From Octopus sinensis (taxonomy: Eukaryota), in assembly GCF_006345805.1 (NCBI RefSeq), contig NC_043002.1, positions 62,620,001 to 62,684,000 of the forward strand: 64,000 bases of DNA, written 5' to 3'. The notes under the pieces were generated by a model that saw only the letters and a list, made by a program, of their open reading frames with translations, did not search any database and was not told the DNA's origin. Shown piece after piece: positions 36,200 through 49,895 of the stretch. How positions within the stretch are numbered: position 1 is the first letter of the stretch; the number at the start of each line of letters is the position of its first letter. The position numbers and the translations under genes were made by a program.

Positions 36200-36425
36200 C
36201 ACTTTATTTAAAGCAGCAGAAAATTCAATAAAACCTGTTACTCTGAGTTTCCCGTTGCCGTTCATCGAACAGTTTTAGCAAAAACTGTCCGATGAACGGC
36301 AACGGGAAACTCAGAGTAACAGGTTTTGTTGAATTTTCTGCTGCTTTAAATAAAGCATATTACTCTTCTACTGGTATTTGAGTACTTTTTTTCCACCTTG
36401 TTTCACATTTATGTGTTTACTCCGG
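36200..36425 (+). mobile_element. HHR-bearing fold-back insert in (TA)n, unrelated in sequence to the adjacent PLE
   Basis: Hairpin at 36202-36355 (arms ~75 bp, 2 mismatches, loop 3-4 nt) plus a ~70-bp unique 3' tail; (TA)n on both sides. Confidence 0.8.
36285..36322 (+). ncRNA. minimal type I hammerhead ribozyme motif
   Basis: CTGT-CCGATGA-A-CG gcaa CG-G-GAAA-CTCAGAG-TA-ACAG: stem I CTGT/ACAG, GNRA-capped short stem II, quasi-palindromic stem III ACTCAGAGT. Confidence 0.65.
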
Positions 36426-36489
<64 letters not shown>

Positions 36490-37865
36490 TATATATATAT
36501 ATATACATATAATATAAAATCTGTCTGTCTCTATCTCTCCAACTATCTATCTATCTATTTATCTATCTGTCTGTCTGTCTGTCTATCTGTCTGTCTATCT
36601 GTCTGTCTGTATGTCTATTTGTCTGTTTGTATGTCTATTTGTCTGTCTGTCTATCTATCTATATATCTGTCTGTCTGTCTGTCTAAAAATAATACGAGAA
36701 ATGGGACAAGAATGCAACAGGTGACAATGAAACAATCAAGACAGGTGATACAAAAAGGGTCATTCGGAGTTTTCTTTCCTCAGTTGAGTTCCAGATCATC
36801 TATGTAGTTTCGGCTGGTTATACTCAAGACTGCTCCAATCTGGCCAACCACAAGGAATATCTAGCCTAAGAGCTCTAGATTCCTATCTATCTACATATCA
36901 TTCTATCTATCTACCTATCTATCTATCAGTCTATCAGTCAGTCAATCTGTCTATCTCTCCCTTTCTCTCTCTCTGTCTATCTATCTATCTCCAGTTACCA
37001 ACGTACCTGCCAACATACCTACATATATCTCTCTCTATTTTATTTCCATATCTACCTCCCTGTCTATATACATAAATCTTACGTTTTCTACCTTCCTTCC
37101 TAACTATCTTTCTTTCTTTCTGCCCCTCATTCCCTTTTGTGAATAATCTCTCTATATATTTGATTTTATATATGTCTCTATCTGTCTCTCTGGTTTTCTT
37201 CCTATATTTTGTTATTTTTCTCGTTCTATCATTGTCTATCTTTAGTTTTTTGCCTTTCATTCCTCCTTATTTTCATTCGAGCTTTCTTTCGTTCTTTTTC
37301 TCTTTCAATCTACTCTCTTCCTTTCTTCATTTCTACAACTCCATTCTGTCTCTGCTAGCCTATTCCTCTCTCTCTCTCTCTCCTCTCTTCCCCTTCTATC
37401 TATCTCCCTCTCTCTCTATATATATATATGCACATTTTCACTGTTTGTTGATTTTGTTTACATTTATTCGCTTCTTTTTCTTTTTTTCTCTATTACGGCT
37501 TGTCACTGCCGCCGCTACCGCCGCCACTACTACCACCACCACCACCACCACCAACAACAACAACAGCAACAACAATTATTACTGTTCCGGTTCTCCACTC
37601 TCTGAGTTCGAATCCGACCCTGTCAAACCTTGTTTCTGATCGACCAATAAAAAATCAGTAAAGTTCAGGTATGGGTTCCTCTCTCAATCACTCTCGGAAT
37701 TGGTAAATAAAGAGAGGTTTTATCAAGGCCACCGCGAAACATTTCACCACCATTTTGGGGGACTTGATTAAAAGACTATCCACCATTACTACTACCGGTA
37801 CCACAATCAACACTACAGCCAGTAATATCAACATCACCACCACTACCACCACTACTACTACTAGT

Positions 37866-38210
37866 GGTGATCTCATTTCCCTCACAACATCATAAACGGA
37901 AAGTGTAACCTCTCGAAAGAGCTGTTCTTCACTCCTGCTCCAGAGCGTCGGCTGCGGGGTCATTCCGAAAAGCTCTACCTGCGACGATTTTATCTCAATC
38001 GAAGGAGAGGAGCTTTCTCCGTCCGGGTTGCGGATCCGTGGAACAAGCTGCCAGACGAGATGGTGAAGATGCCGACGACCGCTTTGTTCAAAGTCTCCCT
38101 TGACCTCAAGTGGCCAGAATTCTTTACATGAACACCACCCTGTACTTAACTCCATGTCTCCCTACATGGCCTTGCTATTTGCTTTTGAGCCAAATTAACT
38201 AACTAACTAC
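37866..38210 (+). mobile_element. CR1-type LINE 3' end (RT C-terminus, 3' UTR, (AACT)n tail)
   Basis: GDLI (frameshift) HNIINGKC..RLRGHSEKL..FSVRVADPWNKLPDEMV..LFKVSLDLKW-stop at 38129-38131 fits the CR1 C-terminal pattern RGH..KL..FS.RV...WN.LP..VV....FK..LD. Confidence 0.85.
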
Positions 38211-38267
38211 TGCTGCTGCTGCTTGAACTACCTCCACTTTTTACCATAAAAATACATCTAATGATTA

Positions 38268-38487
38268 GGGCAGCGAGCTGGCGGAATGGTTAGCATGCCC
38301 AGGCAAAATACTTTGCGCTTTTTCGCCCGTCTTCACGTTTTGAGTTCAAATCCAGCTGAGTTCACCTTTGCTTTTCATCCATTCGGAGTTGATAGAATTA
38401 GTCCCAGTTGAACAGTGGGGTCGATGTAAACGACCAGCTAACCTCTCCTCCTCAAAATTGCTGGCCTTGTGCCAAAATTTGAAACCA
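38268..38487 (+). mobile_element. family-B SINE
   Basis: GGCAGCGAGCTGGCGGAATGGTTAGCA head, TGAGTTCAAATCC B box, family-B body and tail. Confidence 0.8.
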
Positions 38488-38824
38488 ATACCTTTAACGA
38501 TTACCAACACGGCAGCATTTTCCTTTACAATCACCAGCACCTACCGTTAGCTCCCGTACCACACTTATATTCAAACCACACCGTTCCCTATACTAATACT
38601 AAGAACACCGGTTCATCTAGCGATACCAATCACGGTCAAGCAAAGAATTGCGTAATCAAACCAGTTAGAAATAGCAACCAAATTTCCTCCAAATTACACG
38701 CTACAGAATAATACGTTGAATAATGTGAATCTGGAGTTATCTTCCCTTAGGAAGACGAGTGCATGGTCACAACTGCAATCTGTCCTCGCAAGTCTGTTAG
38801 ATTAAGGTTTATTTGTGGTTAAAT

Positions 38825-39035
38825 GATGGCTTCAAATTTTGGCCAGCAGTTTTTGAGGAGAGGAGGGAGAAGGTGATTACATCGACTACAGTAGTTGACT
38901 GATGCTTATTTCAACGAACCCCGAAAGGATAAAAAACAATAACAACCTCGGTGGAATTTGAACTCCGAATGTAAAGGCATACAAAATGTCACTAAACGTT
39001 TTTATCCAACGCGATAACGATTCCACCAGCCTATC
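38825..39035 (-). mobile_element. family-B SINE (diverged)
   Basis: CCCCGAAAGGATAAAA..CCTCGGTGGAATTTGAACTC. Confidence 0.7.
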
Positions 39036-39044
39036 TCCTCCGTA

Positions 39045-39447
39045 CAGTGATACTTCGTAGTACGAGTTTAATTCGTTCCATGACCGAGCTCGTTATACGA
39101 CTCACTCGTTTTACGACTTGCTCGTTTTACAGATCAATTTTTCCCCATTGAAATTAACTAGAATATAATGAATCCGTTCCATCCCACCAAAGCCACTCAC
39201 AAATAATTTTTTATGGGTTTCAAAACAGAAATGTTGTAGTTACAAATAAAGTGACAATTATAAAAAAAGAGAATACAAAAGAAATATGTAAACCGGTTTC
39301 ATTAACTGGATTATTTTAACGTTGGCACGATTGGTGTGCTTGTACTGCGGATTCCAGCTTATACTTCGAGACAAAATTTCGCACGGGTCTCGCCTCTTAC
39401 AGAATATTCCTCGTACAACGGCGACCTCGTACTTCGAGGTTCTACTG
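39045..39447. mobile_element. pogo/Tigger-like non-autonomous DNA transposon (MITE), TA target duplication
   Basis: TA|CAGTGATACTTCGTAGTACGAG ... CTCGTACTTCGAGGTTCTACTG|TA: ~22-bp imperfect TIRs beginning CAGT; no ORF. Confidence 0.8.
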
Positions 39448-39469
39448 TACTTAGAGTTGAATAATAGTT

Positions 39470-39983
39470 TCAAATTTTTGGAACAAGGCTAGCAATTCTA
39501 GGTAACGGGCAAGTAAATTATTTCGATTTCAGAACTCAACTGGTAGTTATTTTATAAATCTTGAAAGGCGAGGTCAAACACAGCGAAAATTGAACGCAGA
39601 GTGTAAAGACAAACAATATGTTGCTAAGTGTTTTTTTTTTCTGACACGCTAACGATTCTGCCAGCTCGCCGTTTTCACACAGCTAAATAATAAAATCGAT
39701 AATAAGAACAACAACAATACTTTCGACTATAGACACAATGTCTGAAATTTTGGGTGGGAGGGAACTAGATACCAAGGCTACACGCCTTCACGTATTACTC
39801 GTAACACTTCAAGTAAATTAACACGTATTTCATCATTTATTTGGAATGCAATAACACATGTTGAATTTATACATCGAAAGAATGAAAGGCAAAGTCGACC
39901 TCGGTGGAACTTGAACTCAGAACGTAAAGACGGACGAAATACTTTTCGTCCGACGTGCTAACGATTCTGCCAGCTCGTCGCCT
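39470..39983 (-). mobile_element. two family-B SINE fragments (39470-39672; 39865-39983)
   Basis: CTAACGATTCTGCCAGCTCG head ends and GAAAGGCAAAGTCGACCTCGG blocks. Confidence 0.7.
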
Positions 39984-40941
39984 TAAACAACGACAACAAC
40001 AATATATAATCATCACTACCATCACCACCCTCACCAGCCCACTGCCATTTCTATTCCATGTCCTCCCCTATAAAAAGAGCGGCAATTATGCTTTATAGTT
40101 CCTTCATGTTGCAGGAAAATGCAAATGCGAGAAGATAATGTTCCAATATGCTGTCTACACCAATCCTTCTCACCCACCGCAATCACTGCAAATCCTCCCA
40201 CGACCACTACCCTAACCAAGACGAGTCGTAATAAAGACATACACAAACATATATGTATATATACATGTGTATATATGTATATGTGTGTATACATATATAT
40301 ACATGTTTATATCTCCCTGTGTATGTATATAGATATATTTATATATGTACGTATTTACATCTATCAATCGCAATCTTTCTCCCTAGATATGTATGTATAA
40401 ATCATATTTATACATACATACACACGCACCACACACGCACACACACAAACGTTTATAGTCAATAGATCTAATATTGTTTGTTTTTATGTATATATATGTG
40501 TGTGTGTATGCCTATATATATATATAAACACACATATACACATATAGAACCACCACACCTTACTTTCCTTAAATATCATCTGTATATTCTTCCGTATTTT
40601 TTCATTCATTAATTTTTTTCCTCGAACAATTTCACCTTTCATTCCATTTGTTTCATTCTCAGATTGTTTTTCCATGTTTTATTCCAATGTATATTTCTGC
40701 TGTTTGTGTCTTTCCTTTATTCGTTTAATCATTATTTTTTTCTCGTTCTTCCCTCCTTCTCAATTCCTCCTCTTTTATTTTACTAATCTTTTCTTTTTTT
40801 TTCCTTTTCTTTTGATAAATATTTTATTTTTTCTATTAGAAAATACTATTTAAATTCAGTATTGCTTCAGTCAATTTAATCAATTATGGTACAAGTCAGC
40901 ACCAACCCCATTGCACCCATTACACAGAATTGCTACACAGG

Positions 40942-41045
<104 letters not shown>

Positions 41046-41230
41046 TGCACTCAGATATGGAAAAACACACCCCACACAGCATAACATTTAATACACTCCA
41101 CAAATAATAGCAAATAGTACAGAATTAAAGAAGTATTATTATTATTATTATAAAAAATATATGCTATTAATAATGAAAAAAATATGTGAAAACGCAATTA
41201 TATGAAATGAAATTGCAGAACTTTATATAT

Positions 41231-41262
<32 letters not shown>

Positions 41263-41340
41263 CATATATATACATACATTTGCGTGTGTGTATGTGTACA
41301 CCCGTGTGTGTTTATAAATCCATATATATATATAATATAT

Positions 41341-41391
<51 letters not shown>

Positions 41392-41545
41392 CATCTATCT
41401 ATATTCTATCTAGGAATTATCTCTCTTTATTAATATGTATACTCATAAAAATACCTACACTAATTCATACAGAGACAGATTTAAATACTTGCATATATAC
41501 CAATACATATGTATACTTACACGCACACCTATATACTTATACACA

Positions 41546-41592
<47 letters not shown>

Positions 41593-42205
41593 TATGATGA
41601 TACACATATATGCGTTCATGTAATCATGCATATCCTGCATGCACACCCATATGTGTGGTTTCGAATGTACGAAGTTTCGCATTTATATGTATTTATTAGA
41701 AATTCCTTGTTGTTTCTTGTAATTACTACTCAATCATTTATGTGCCTGAGGCCCACGCACACTAGTTCAGGAAATATTTGGTGAATCGAAAGAGTAGAGT
41801 ATCCGCCCTGTAACAGCTAAGCAGATTCCAATAGCATTTTTGTGGTGTAAGGGAAACTACCTTCTCCAGACAAGATATCTACCTACTTACATACATATAG
41901 TCATTCACTCATACACCCATTCTTTCATTCAGTCAGTCATTCATACGTGCATATATACATATAATCCTATACAATATATGTGCAGTGGCATATATTACAA
42001 TATTCTGAATTGTGCGCATATTTTTAGATCCTTGGCAATTTGGTTATGTATTTTTTATAAGTTTTTGTAGGCACTTCTTGTTTGAACATCTCATATACTC
42101 CTACATTTTTCAAGTTTGGTAAAATGTTTCAATTCCTCAGACTGGCAAGTTATCAATTGAGAGTGCTGCAGCAATTAGAAGGCATTTCTTTTGTTGGTGT
42201 GTTTT

Positions 42206-42604
42206 TGGCGAGTTGGCAAAATCGTTAGCACGCCGGACGAAATGCTTAGCAGTATTTCTGCCGTTACGTTGTGAATTCAAATTCCGCCGAAGTCGACTTT
42301 GCCTTTCATCCTTTCGGGGTCGATAAATTAAGTACCAGTTACGCACTGGGATCGATATAATCGACTTAATCCGATTTTCTGTCCTTGTTTGTCCTTCTCT
42401 GTGTAGCCCCTTTTGGGTAGTAAAGAAATAGGTATTTCGTCTGCCGTTACGTTCTGAGTTCAATTCCCTTCCAGGCCGACTTTGCTTTTCATCCTTTCGG
42501 GGGTGTTGATAAATTAAGTACCAGTTGCGTACTGGGGTCGATCTAATCGACTGCCTCACTTGCCCCCAAATTTCGGGCCTTGTGCCTATAGTAGAAAAGA
42601 TTAT
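42206..42604 (+). mobile_element. family-B SINE, dimeric arrangement
   Basis: Head TGGCGAGTTGGCAAAATCGTTAGCA; two body units joined by CTTAATCCG..TGTCCTTGTTTGTCC..AAAGAAATAGGTATTTCGTC, the same linker as in 15185-15590. Confidence 0.88.
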
Positions 42605-43124
42605 CTAACGTAATAGACTTCATCTCTCTGTGTGTCTCGATTGGCATCTACAAACGCATTTCCGTATTCTCATTTTCTGAAACTCCTTCTATTGCATGTT
42701 TATACCACCCCTTTTCTGCTTACATTTCATAATACTGGAGTAACATCCTGTGCATGAAAGTCTCATATCTGCCATGTCTACTGATATGTGCTTTCTTGGA
42801 TAAGCTGTGCTCTTTCTTGGATAAGATGGGAATCCATAAGCTATGTCATATTATATAGTCACTTAACATAACCTGCTCTATCACATGCTGTATATGATTC
42901 TTTTAAGAGTGATTTGCTCTCGTGCAGAAGTCAGGGATACTCTCTGTCTCAGCTTTGTGACCTTCAATACTTTGCGAGATTGTGTCACGCTTGTTTGTTA
43001 ACTTTTATCTGTTCCAGTTATTGGTCTATGGCGATGCTGGTATACCGCCTTAAAGGGTTTCATCGAATAAATTGACCCCAATACGTATTTGTTAAATCTT
43101 GTTAAATCCGTTACTTTTATTGCA

Positions 43125-43516
43125 ACACTTATATGCAAGTGAGACGTAGACTACTAAGAAAAGGAGAGGGCATTGATTAGCTACAATTCAAAGTTGCTAT
43201 GGAGAGATCCATGCTAGGAATATCATTAGGAGAGCATACTCAAAATATAATATGATTAAAGAGCAGAGTAAGCAATCAGATCGCAGAATACCGAAAGCAG
43301 AAATTCGCTTGGGCCGGACATATCGCAAAGTTCAAAGACCACATATGGGCTTATGCAGTTGGCAGTTGCTGAGTTGTATCCAAGAGATAAAAAAGACCAT
43401 ATAGAAGGACTGCACAGCGATGGAAAGACGTTGTAGCTAAACAATTTTGGTCAAGATGGAAACGAATGGTGGAATCAAGAAAGAATTGGAACCGGATTGT
43501 GACCAGCGGTGTATAA
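43125..43516 (+). mobile_element. RTE-type LINE remnant (post-RT C-terminal region), degenerate
   Basis: Across frameshifts: LYASET, MERSMLGISL (43199), WAGHIA (43310), YPRDKK, QRWKD, which fit the RTE C-terminal pattern. Confidence 0.75.
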
Positions 43517-43585
43517 GAGCATGTGATGGCCTGGTCGATACTGCAATACTGTTATTGCACTTTACTAAACATTTGGTTATTTATT

Positions 43586-43836
43586 TACATTATTTACATT
43601 CGACGGATATTTGTCCTCATTTTGTTTGTTGTTAACACAACGTTTCGGCTGATATACCCTCCAGCCTTCTTGAGGTGTCTTGGGGAAATTTCGAACCTGG
43701 GTCCTCATACATAAGGTATTTTTCAATGTTGCTGTTGTTATTATTCTTATTCTTATTATTATTCAGGTCACTACCTGGAATCGAACTTGGAATCTTGGGA
43801 TTAGTAGCCCGCGCTCTTAACTACTACGCTATATGG
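43586..43836 (-). mobile_element. tRNA-headed SINE, family E, second copy
   Basis: B box AAGTTCGATTCC, (AAT)n, GACAC-CTCAAGA-A-GGCTG..CAGCC-GAAA-CG-TT-GTGTT. Confidence 0.8.
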
Positions 43837-44159
43837 TTATATTATTAGAATGGATACTTAATAGCGGATTTCTAAATGCGTAAAATTTTTACCTCTCTGT
43901 ATTTTCGGTGAATAAAGTTTGTCATAGATTTCAGGTGGTGTATTTTAAAGGGTGACATTTTTCTACATATGTTTCTGTCTAGTCGTCTTCCACTTGTTAT
44001 CTTCGCTTCATCCGTTCCCCCACCTCGTCGTCATCATTATCATTATCTTCATCATGATTATCTTCATCCCATCCTCCTCTTCTCCGTCATCCTCTTCCTT
44101 GTCGTCGACTTCATCGTCGCCGCCGTCGTAGTCATGGACATGGCCCACCTCCTTCTCCT

Positions 44160-44219
<60 letters not shown>

Positions 44220-44833
44220 CACACTACTAATGCTGCTGCTGCTCCGCTTCCGTCATAGAAGTTTAACAACAGAAACATTGGATTTAGTCGTATTTTTGTG
44301 TCCCCTTACTGAAAATACCGTCATTAATGGCAACGGAAGCACATTGCTATTATTTTAGCCTCTAGAATTTTGGAGTTTTTTCTGATGTGAGATAATTTTT
44401 ACCGCTGAAAATTACATTATTTCCGGTATTGCATTTTAAAGTTACAATTATTTGTGCTATATTTTTGGATACTTTTGGATAATTTTTATTTTTTTATTTC
44501 TGTAATATATGGGGGTGTATCCTATGTTACTTGCTATTTTAAAAATATTGAAAGGTAGAAATGCAATTTTGCTTCGTGAATTAAAATATTGTTGTTTTCT
44601 TTACTTAATTGAGAAAAATATCAGTAGTAAAGGTTTATCTCTCTATTAATGCAATCCACACCTGAATATCGTTCCGCGTAGCACGGAATCCATCGGATTA
44701 TAGAATACCATATCAACTATAAAAAGCGCATATTGTTGAGGTTACTAACAAACAAAGCTATCATCACCACAAGCAATAATAAAATCAGCTAAATATAATG
44801 AAAATTGTGCTTCTGATAATGATGTTGTTGTTA

Positions 44834-44870
<37 letters not shown>

Positions 44871-44871
<1 letters not shown>

Positions 44872-45426
44872 GAGTGAGAGAGAAGTGCATACCATCAAAG
44901 TGACACTGGGGTAAAATATACGAAGACCAGTATACGCATCATGACTACACATCTGATAAGGGTACACCAGGCGCATGCTACACAACAATATATGCGCGAC
45001 ATGGTGATCTCATATCAAGATAAACAGCACATGACATTGCAGTTGGGGCCCAGTTAGAATTTTCTTCTGCTCGAGTAGCCCATCCCGCTCAAAAGATCCC
45101 TGAATAAGGGTTGTTTAAGGATGTTGAACGAAACATCTATGTTTCCAGAGGTGAATTATTCAAACCCCAAAGAATCCCTCTCAACACATGGCTATGATGC
45201 TCCACCACTACTTCTGCTCGTGATCAGAGATGCACATATCGTCAGCCACTAAGGGACATGCTCAACTGATTAAGGTCAAACAACTAAGAAGCAAATCTGT
45301 GGTATTGAGCAGAATATTTGCTGTGGCCCATCTTTTATACGAAGACAACACAATGTACATGATAACACTTCCAATCAGTTAAGATCAGAAGCCATGAGAG
45401 CCACTGCCTGGTACTGCATCAGGGCA
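44871..45426 (-). mobile_element. ~555-bp interspersed repeat with (AAT)n tail, family F (no tRNA head seen)
   Basis: Collinear copies at 49896-50431 (+), 53802-54343 (-) and a partial copy at 53405-53685 (-). Confidence 0.9.
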
Positions 45427-46455
45427 AATATTATTATTATTATTATTACAATACAGTATCATAATTTAGCTAGCAGGTACATTATGTAGATGATTGTTGA
45501 CAACAAGCGTCCTCAAATCTCAAGAATCTCCCCAAGAATTCTTTGAGAATATAGGATGGTACTTTTTCACGAAGTATCATTTGCAGTCTCTTTCAGTCTT
45601 TTACCTCAACAATTACTAACTACAACAACAACTGTTTTCCTGGTCTCCCACATACTTTTTGGCTCTCTAGCTAGATCCTGGCATTTCCCAATAATTTCAA
45701 TTTCTTTGTTATAAACCATGCTTTCATAGGAAATTGCAAAGTCTATGATCTTATACAATTTGTTTATTCTGTCCTCTGTAATCATGGGTGGTATTTTTGC
45801 TTCAAAAGTACGACGACTCTTTATAGGGAAATCTCACGAGGTGTTGTAAATCTCATTTTCTATCAGGGAATCTGTTTCGGGGTCGATAAAATAAGTAGCT
45901 TTTGTGTTCGGGATCCACGCACTTGATTTGCCCCTACCCTGAAGTTGATGGCCTTATCAAAAGGTGATCAGCAGATGCAAGAATGGTGAGACTGAATGGA
46001 CCGACTCTGAATATGCTTTTCTAAGCAGGAGGAAAGAAACTGGGCGAGGGCTTTTTCCCATACCTTGTGGATACCTTGAGGTTTTTGCATGGGGTTTATC
46101 CCAGATTACCCTAAGTGGACTGCCTCGCCATTTGGGATTCCAAACATTTATTTATTTGTTTGTTCTTTATTTCTCTAATTATTTGTTTATTTCTCTAATT
46201 TCTATTACATATTCTCTGTTATACCCTTTCATGACGTAGTATCTCCCGTTGATCTATGTAAACATTATATTTACTGATTACCCTCCTTGAGCTACACTCT
46301 TCTGTATAACCGCAAGACTGTAACTTACCTGCATCTACGCAAAATTAAAGCAAAAACTTATTATGATTTCATAACATTGAGATATGATTAAAGAAGAAAA
46401 AGCGGTTGACTCTGTAGAAACTAAGATTTCTGTGCTTTTTTTACCTTAAAACCTA

Positions 46456-46512
<57 letters not shown>

Positions 46513-47675
46513 ATATTGATGAATGTATTTGTTTAAAGTCGAAACAATGCGAAAACGTACAAAGTAAACTACGAAAGGAAAGCAAAGCAACTAAGTTGCA
46601 CTTCTACCTTGTATTTTGTACATTTCGGGCAGTGGTAGTTTAAAAGGTTTATTACTCAGATGCCTCACACACATATACACACACACACTTATGTAATCGG
46701 TAGCTGCGATGTACTTCTTAAGCTGGACAGCAACAAATGTTTGCAAAATCGAGGAAGTAGAAGCATATATGAGGACGTGATCCATCAAGTACATGTTTGT
46801 GCGACAAGCTTTAAATTTGGGAAACTAGTGAAACAGTTATCATTGAACAGAATTTTGTCTGACGAAGACTTAACTCAAGTTTTCAAATTTAAAATCAGTG
46901 TCTGCATTATATAAACGTTCTACGCTATATAACTGCGTCATTTATTCAAATGCAACACTTATTATACGTGATAAAGAAGACTATTTCAAATTTAGATATT
47001 ATTACACTCGTATGCACTTGTGAATATATGTGTATGTGAATGGGTGAATGTCGCCTCGCGCCGTGTATGATCGCTAGAGTGGATTACGCGTTTAATTATA
47101 TGGCGTTTGACACAGATTACATCGTATAGTAAAGTTTGCGTCTGGTTTTCCCTCGTGGCAAAATGCATTAGCAAAATGTTGCGTTTGCAAATATTAATAT
47201 TTGTAGTAGTATTTCAATTGCAATTGTAGCCGTTAAATATCTCAGTTTTCTGCCATAATATCTCTTTCTGTTTTTTTTTCTACTAGTCATTATCGTAACA
47301 ACAACAATGATGATAATAATAATAAAAATAAAAATAAAAGTGAAAATGAAAATAATGATGATGATAATAGTAATCGTGACACTCCCACCCACCAGCCGTA
47401 CCAACGCCATCATTGATTATTGCCATTATCATCATCATTTATCCAATTTTCTCTTTCACTATTTTCTCTCTTTTCAAATTATAGATTTAATTTCAAAGTA
47501 TTGCAAATCTAATCTCAATGTGCCTCAGGTGTCTACACATTAAATACGTGTACACACACAGACACGAACACACAGGCACGCACACACACACACAAAACAC
47601 ACACAATAATAGAAAGACACGTATGTATAAATGTACATGTATGCATATTATATGCCTTTGTCCATGTATATATAT

Positions 47676-47711
<36 letters not shown>

Positions 47712-47903
47712 CATACATACATATATATGTATATATATATATATATACATATATATGTATATATATACATGGACATATGTATATGTATGTATAATATATA
47801 ATATATATTATATATATATATATATATATGTATAATATATATATATATATATATGTATAATATATATATATATATAATATATATATATAGTATATATATA
47901 TAT

Positions 47904-47962
<59 letters not shown>

Positions 47963-48325
47963 ATGTATATATATATAAAAGTGATTATTTTTGTAGTAGA
48001 GGTGAATTTATTCAAAATGTATTTTTCCCATGAATAGAAAAAAAAACCGAATAAGACAAAATGAATGAAGGAGATAAAGAAAGAGAGATTAGAGAAATGA
48101 AATAAATGAGACATGTTATAGTAAAGCACACGCAGTGGCGCACACATGTATGTATATGTTCATGTATACACATATACATATGTTTGAATACACACACACG
48201 CAATATATATATATATATAATATATATATACATACATATAAAATATATATATATATATAATATATATGTATAAGACGTATGTATATATGTATATATAATA
48301 TATATATATATATATATACGTATAG

Positions 48326-48369
<44 letters not shown>

Positions 48370-49018
48370 GCAAATATCTATCTATCTATCTATATATATA
48401 TATGTAGATATATATGTGTGTGTGTATTTATGTATTCAAACATACATATATGTGTGTGTGTGTGTGTGAGTGAGTGTTATTGCACACGTTATAGGCGGAG
48501 ACTCAGAGAATGCCCGCTGTTCCGATGTCGTGGGAAGGCGGGAACAAGAGAATCTTATTAAAGAGGCTTTCAACATCTTCGTCCGCCATATTTTAACTTC
48601 AAAGAACACTAGACGAGGTTACCTAGTGCTTAGGCGTTCTCACACACGATGCAAAGGTCTTTTATTAACGCCAAATGATATAATTCATGAAGTCCTCACA
48701 TGTCCATAATCTGCTTTAGTTTTCTTCTTCGTATTTCTTTGGTTTTCTTCCAAAACATCTTTAGTTTTTCTTGCTTTCTCTTTTGCTCATGTGTTTTCTC
48801 GTCTTTTTTCTAGATTTTTCTCTCATTCTTTTTATGCCCGTTTTCTTGTAATTGCATAACACAACATGTACAGATACACAGACACACACACGGACACACC
48901 CAGTAGATAGAACATCTAAGGTGTGTTCATCTGCAAACTCAACCTTAAATTCGTATTTCTTTTCAATATATATGTACGTATGCATATATTTACATCTTTC
49001 TCCCCACTATCTCTATTC

Positions 49019-49063
<45 letters not shown>

Positions 49064-49271
49064 TATACATATATATATTATTATATATGTATATATATAT
49101 ATGTATATACACACACACATATATATATATATACGTAAATTATATTTACGTATATGTAAATATATACATGTATATGTATATGTGTGTGTAAATATATATA
49201 TATATAAATCTGAACCTTGCACACGTACTATCACAGGTAGACATACACACATATATATATACATTTATGTA

Positions 49272-49317
<46 letters not shown>

Positions 49318-49351
49318 CATGGGTGTGTGTGTGTGTGTGTAAGTATATATA

Positions 49352-49400
<49 letters not shown>

Positions 49401-49596
49401 TGAACCTTGCTCACATACAATCGCAAGTAGACACACACATATATATATACATGTATGCATATTAATATATATAGATACATCTTTGTGTATGCATATGGCA
49501 TATTTATATGTGAATAACAAATATGCATATCTTTAATATATAAGTGTATATATGTATATATATCAACATTTTTGTCTAGCTTGTCTATATTTCAAT

Positions 49597-49637
<41 letters not shown>

Positions 49638-49895
49638 TGGCACAGACAGGGAAAGAAAGAGAGAGGAGAGGAGAGAGGCAGGGGGGAGAGATAATATGGA
49701 CATGAATATATTGTGAAAGTGAGAACAAACGATTTTAAAACTGTTTGATATGAAAACGCTGAATATTCTAGGAGTGTTTATTGAGCTTCCGATGATAAAC
49801 ATGCTTTTTATTTAGGTAATAATATCAACAATAATTCTTCACCACCAACACTACTACTACTACTACTACTACTACTAATAATAATAATAATAATA

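Noticed and set aside
44670-44705. Helitron-like 3' hairpin (CCGCGTAGCACGG)
   Set aside because: Imperfect hairpin, no CTRR terminus, no matching 5' TC end identified.
48490-48590. Minus-strand ATGGCGGACGAAGAT start-like/YY1-like motif (similar ATGGCGGACGA at about 28227)
   Set aside because: The reading frames close within 30 codons with no splice donor; no other promoter evidence.
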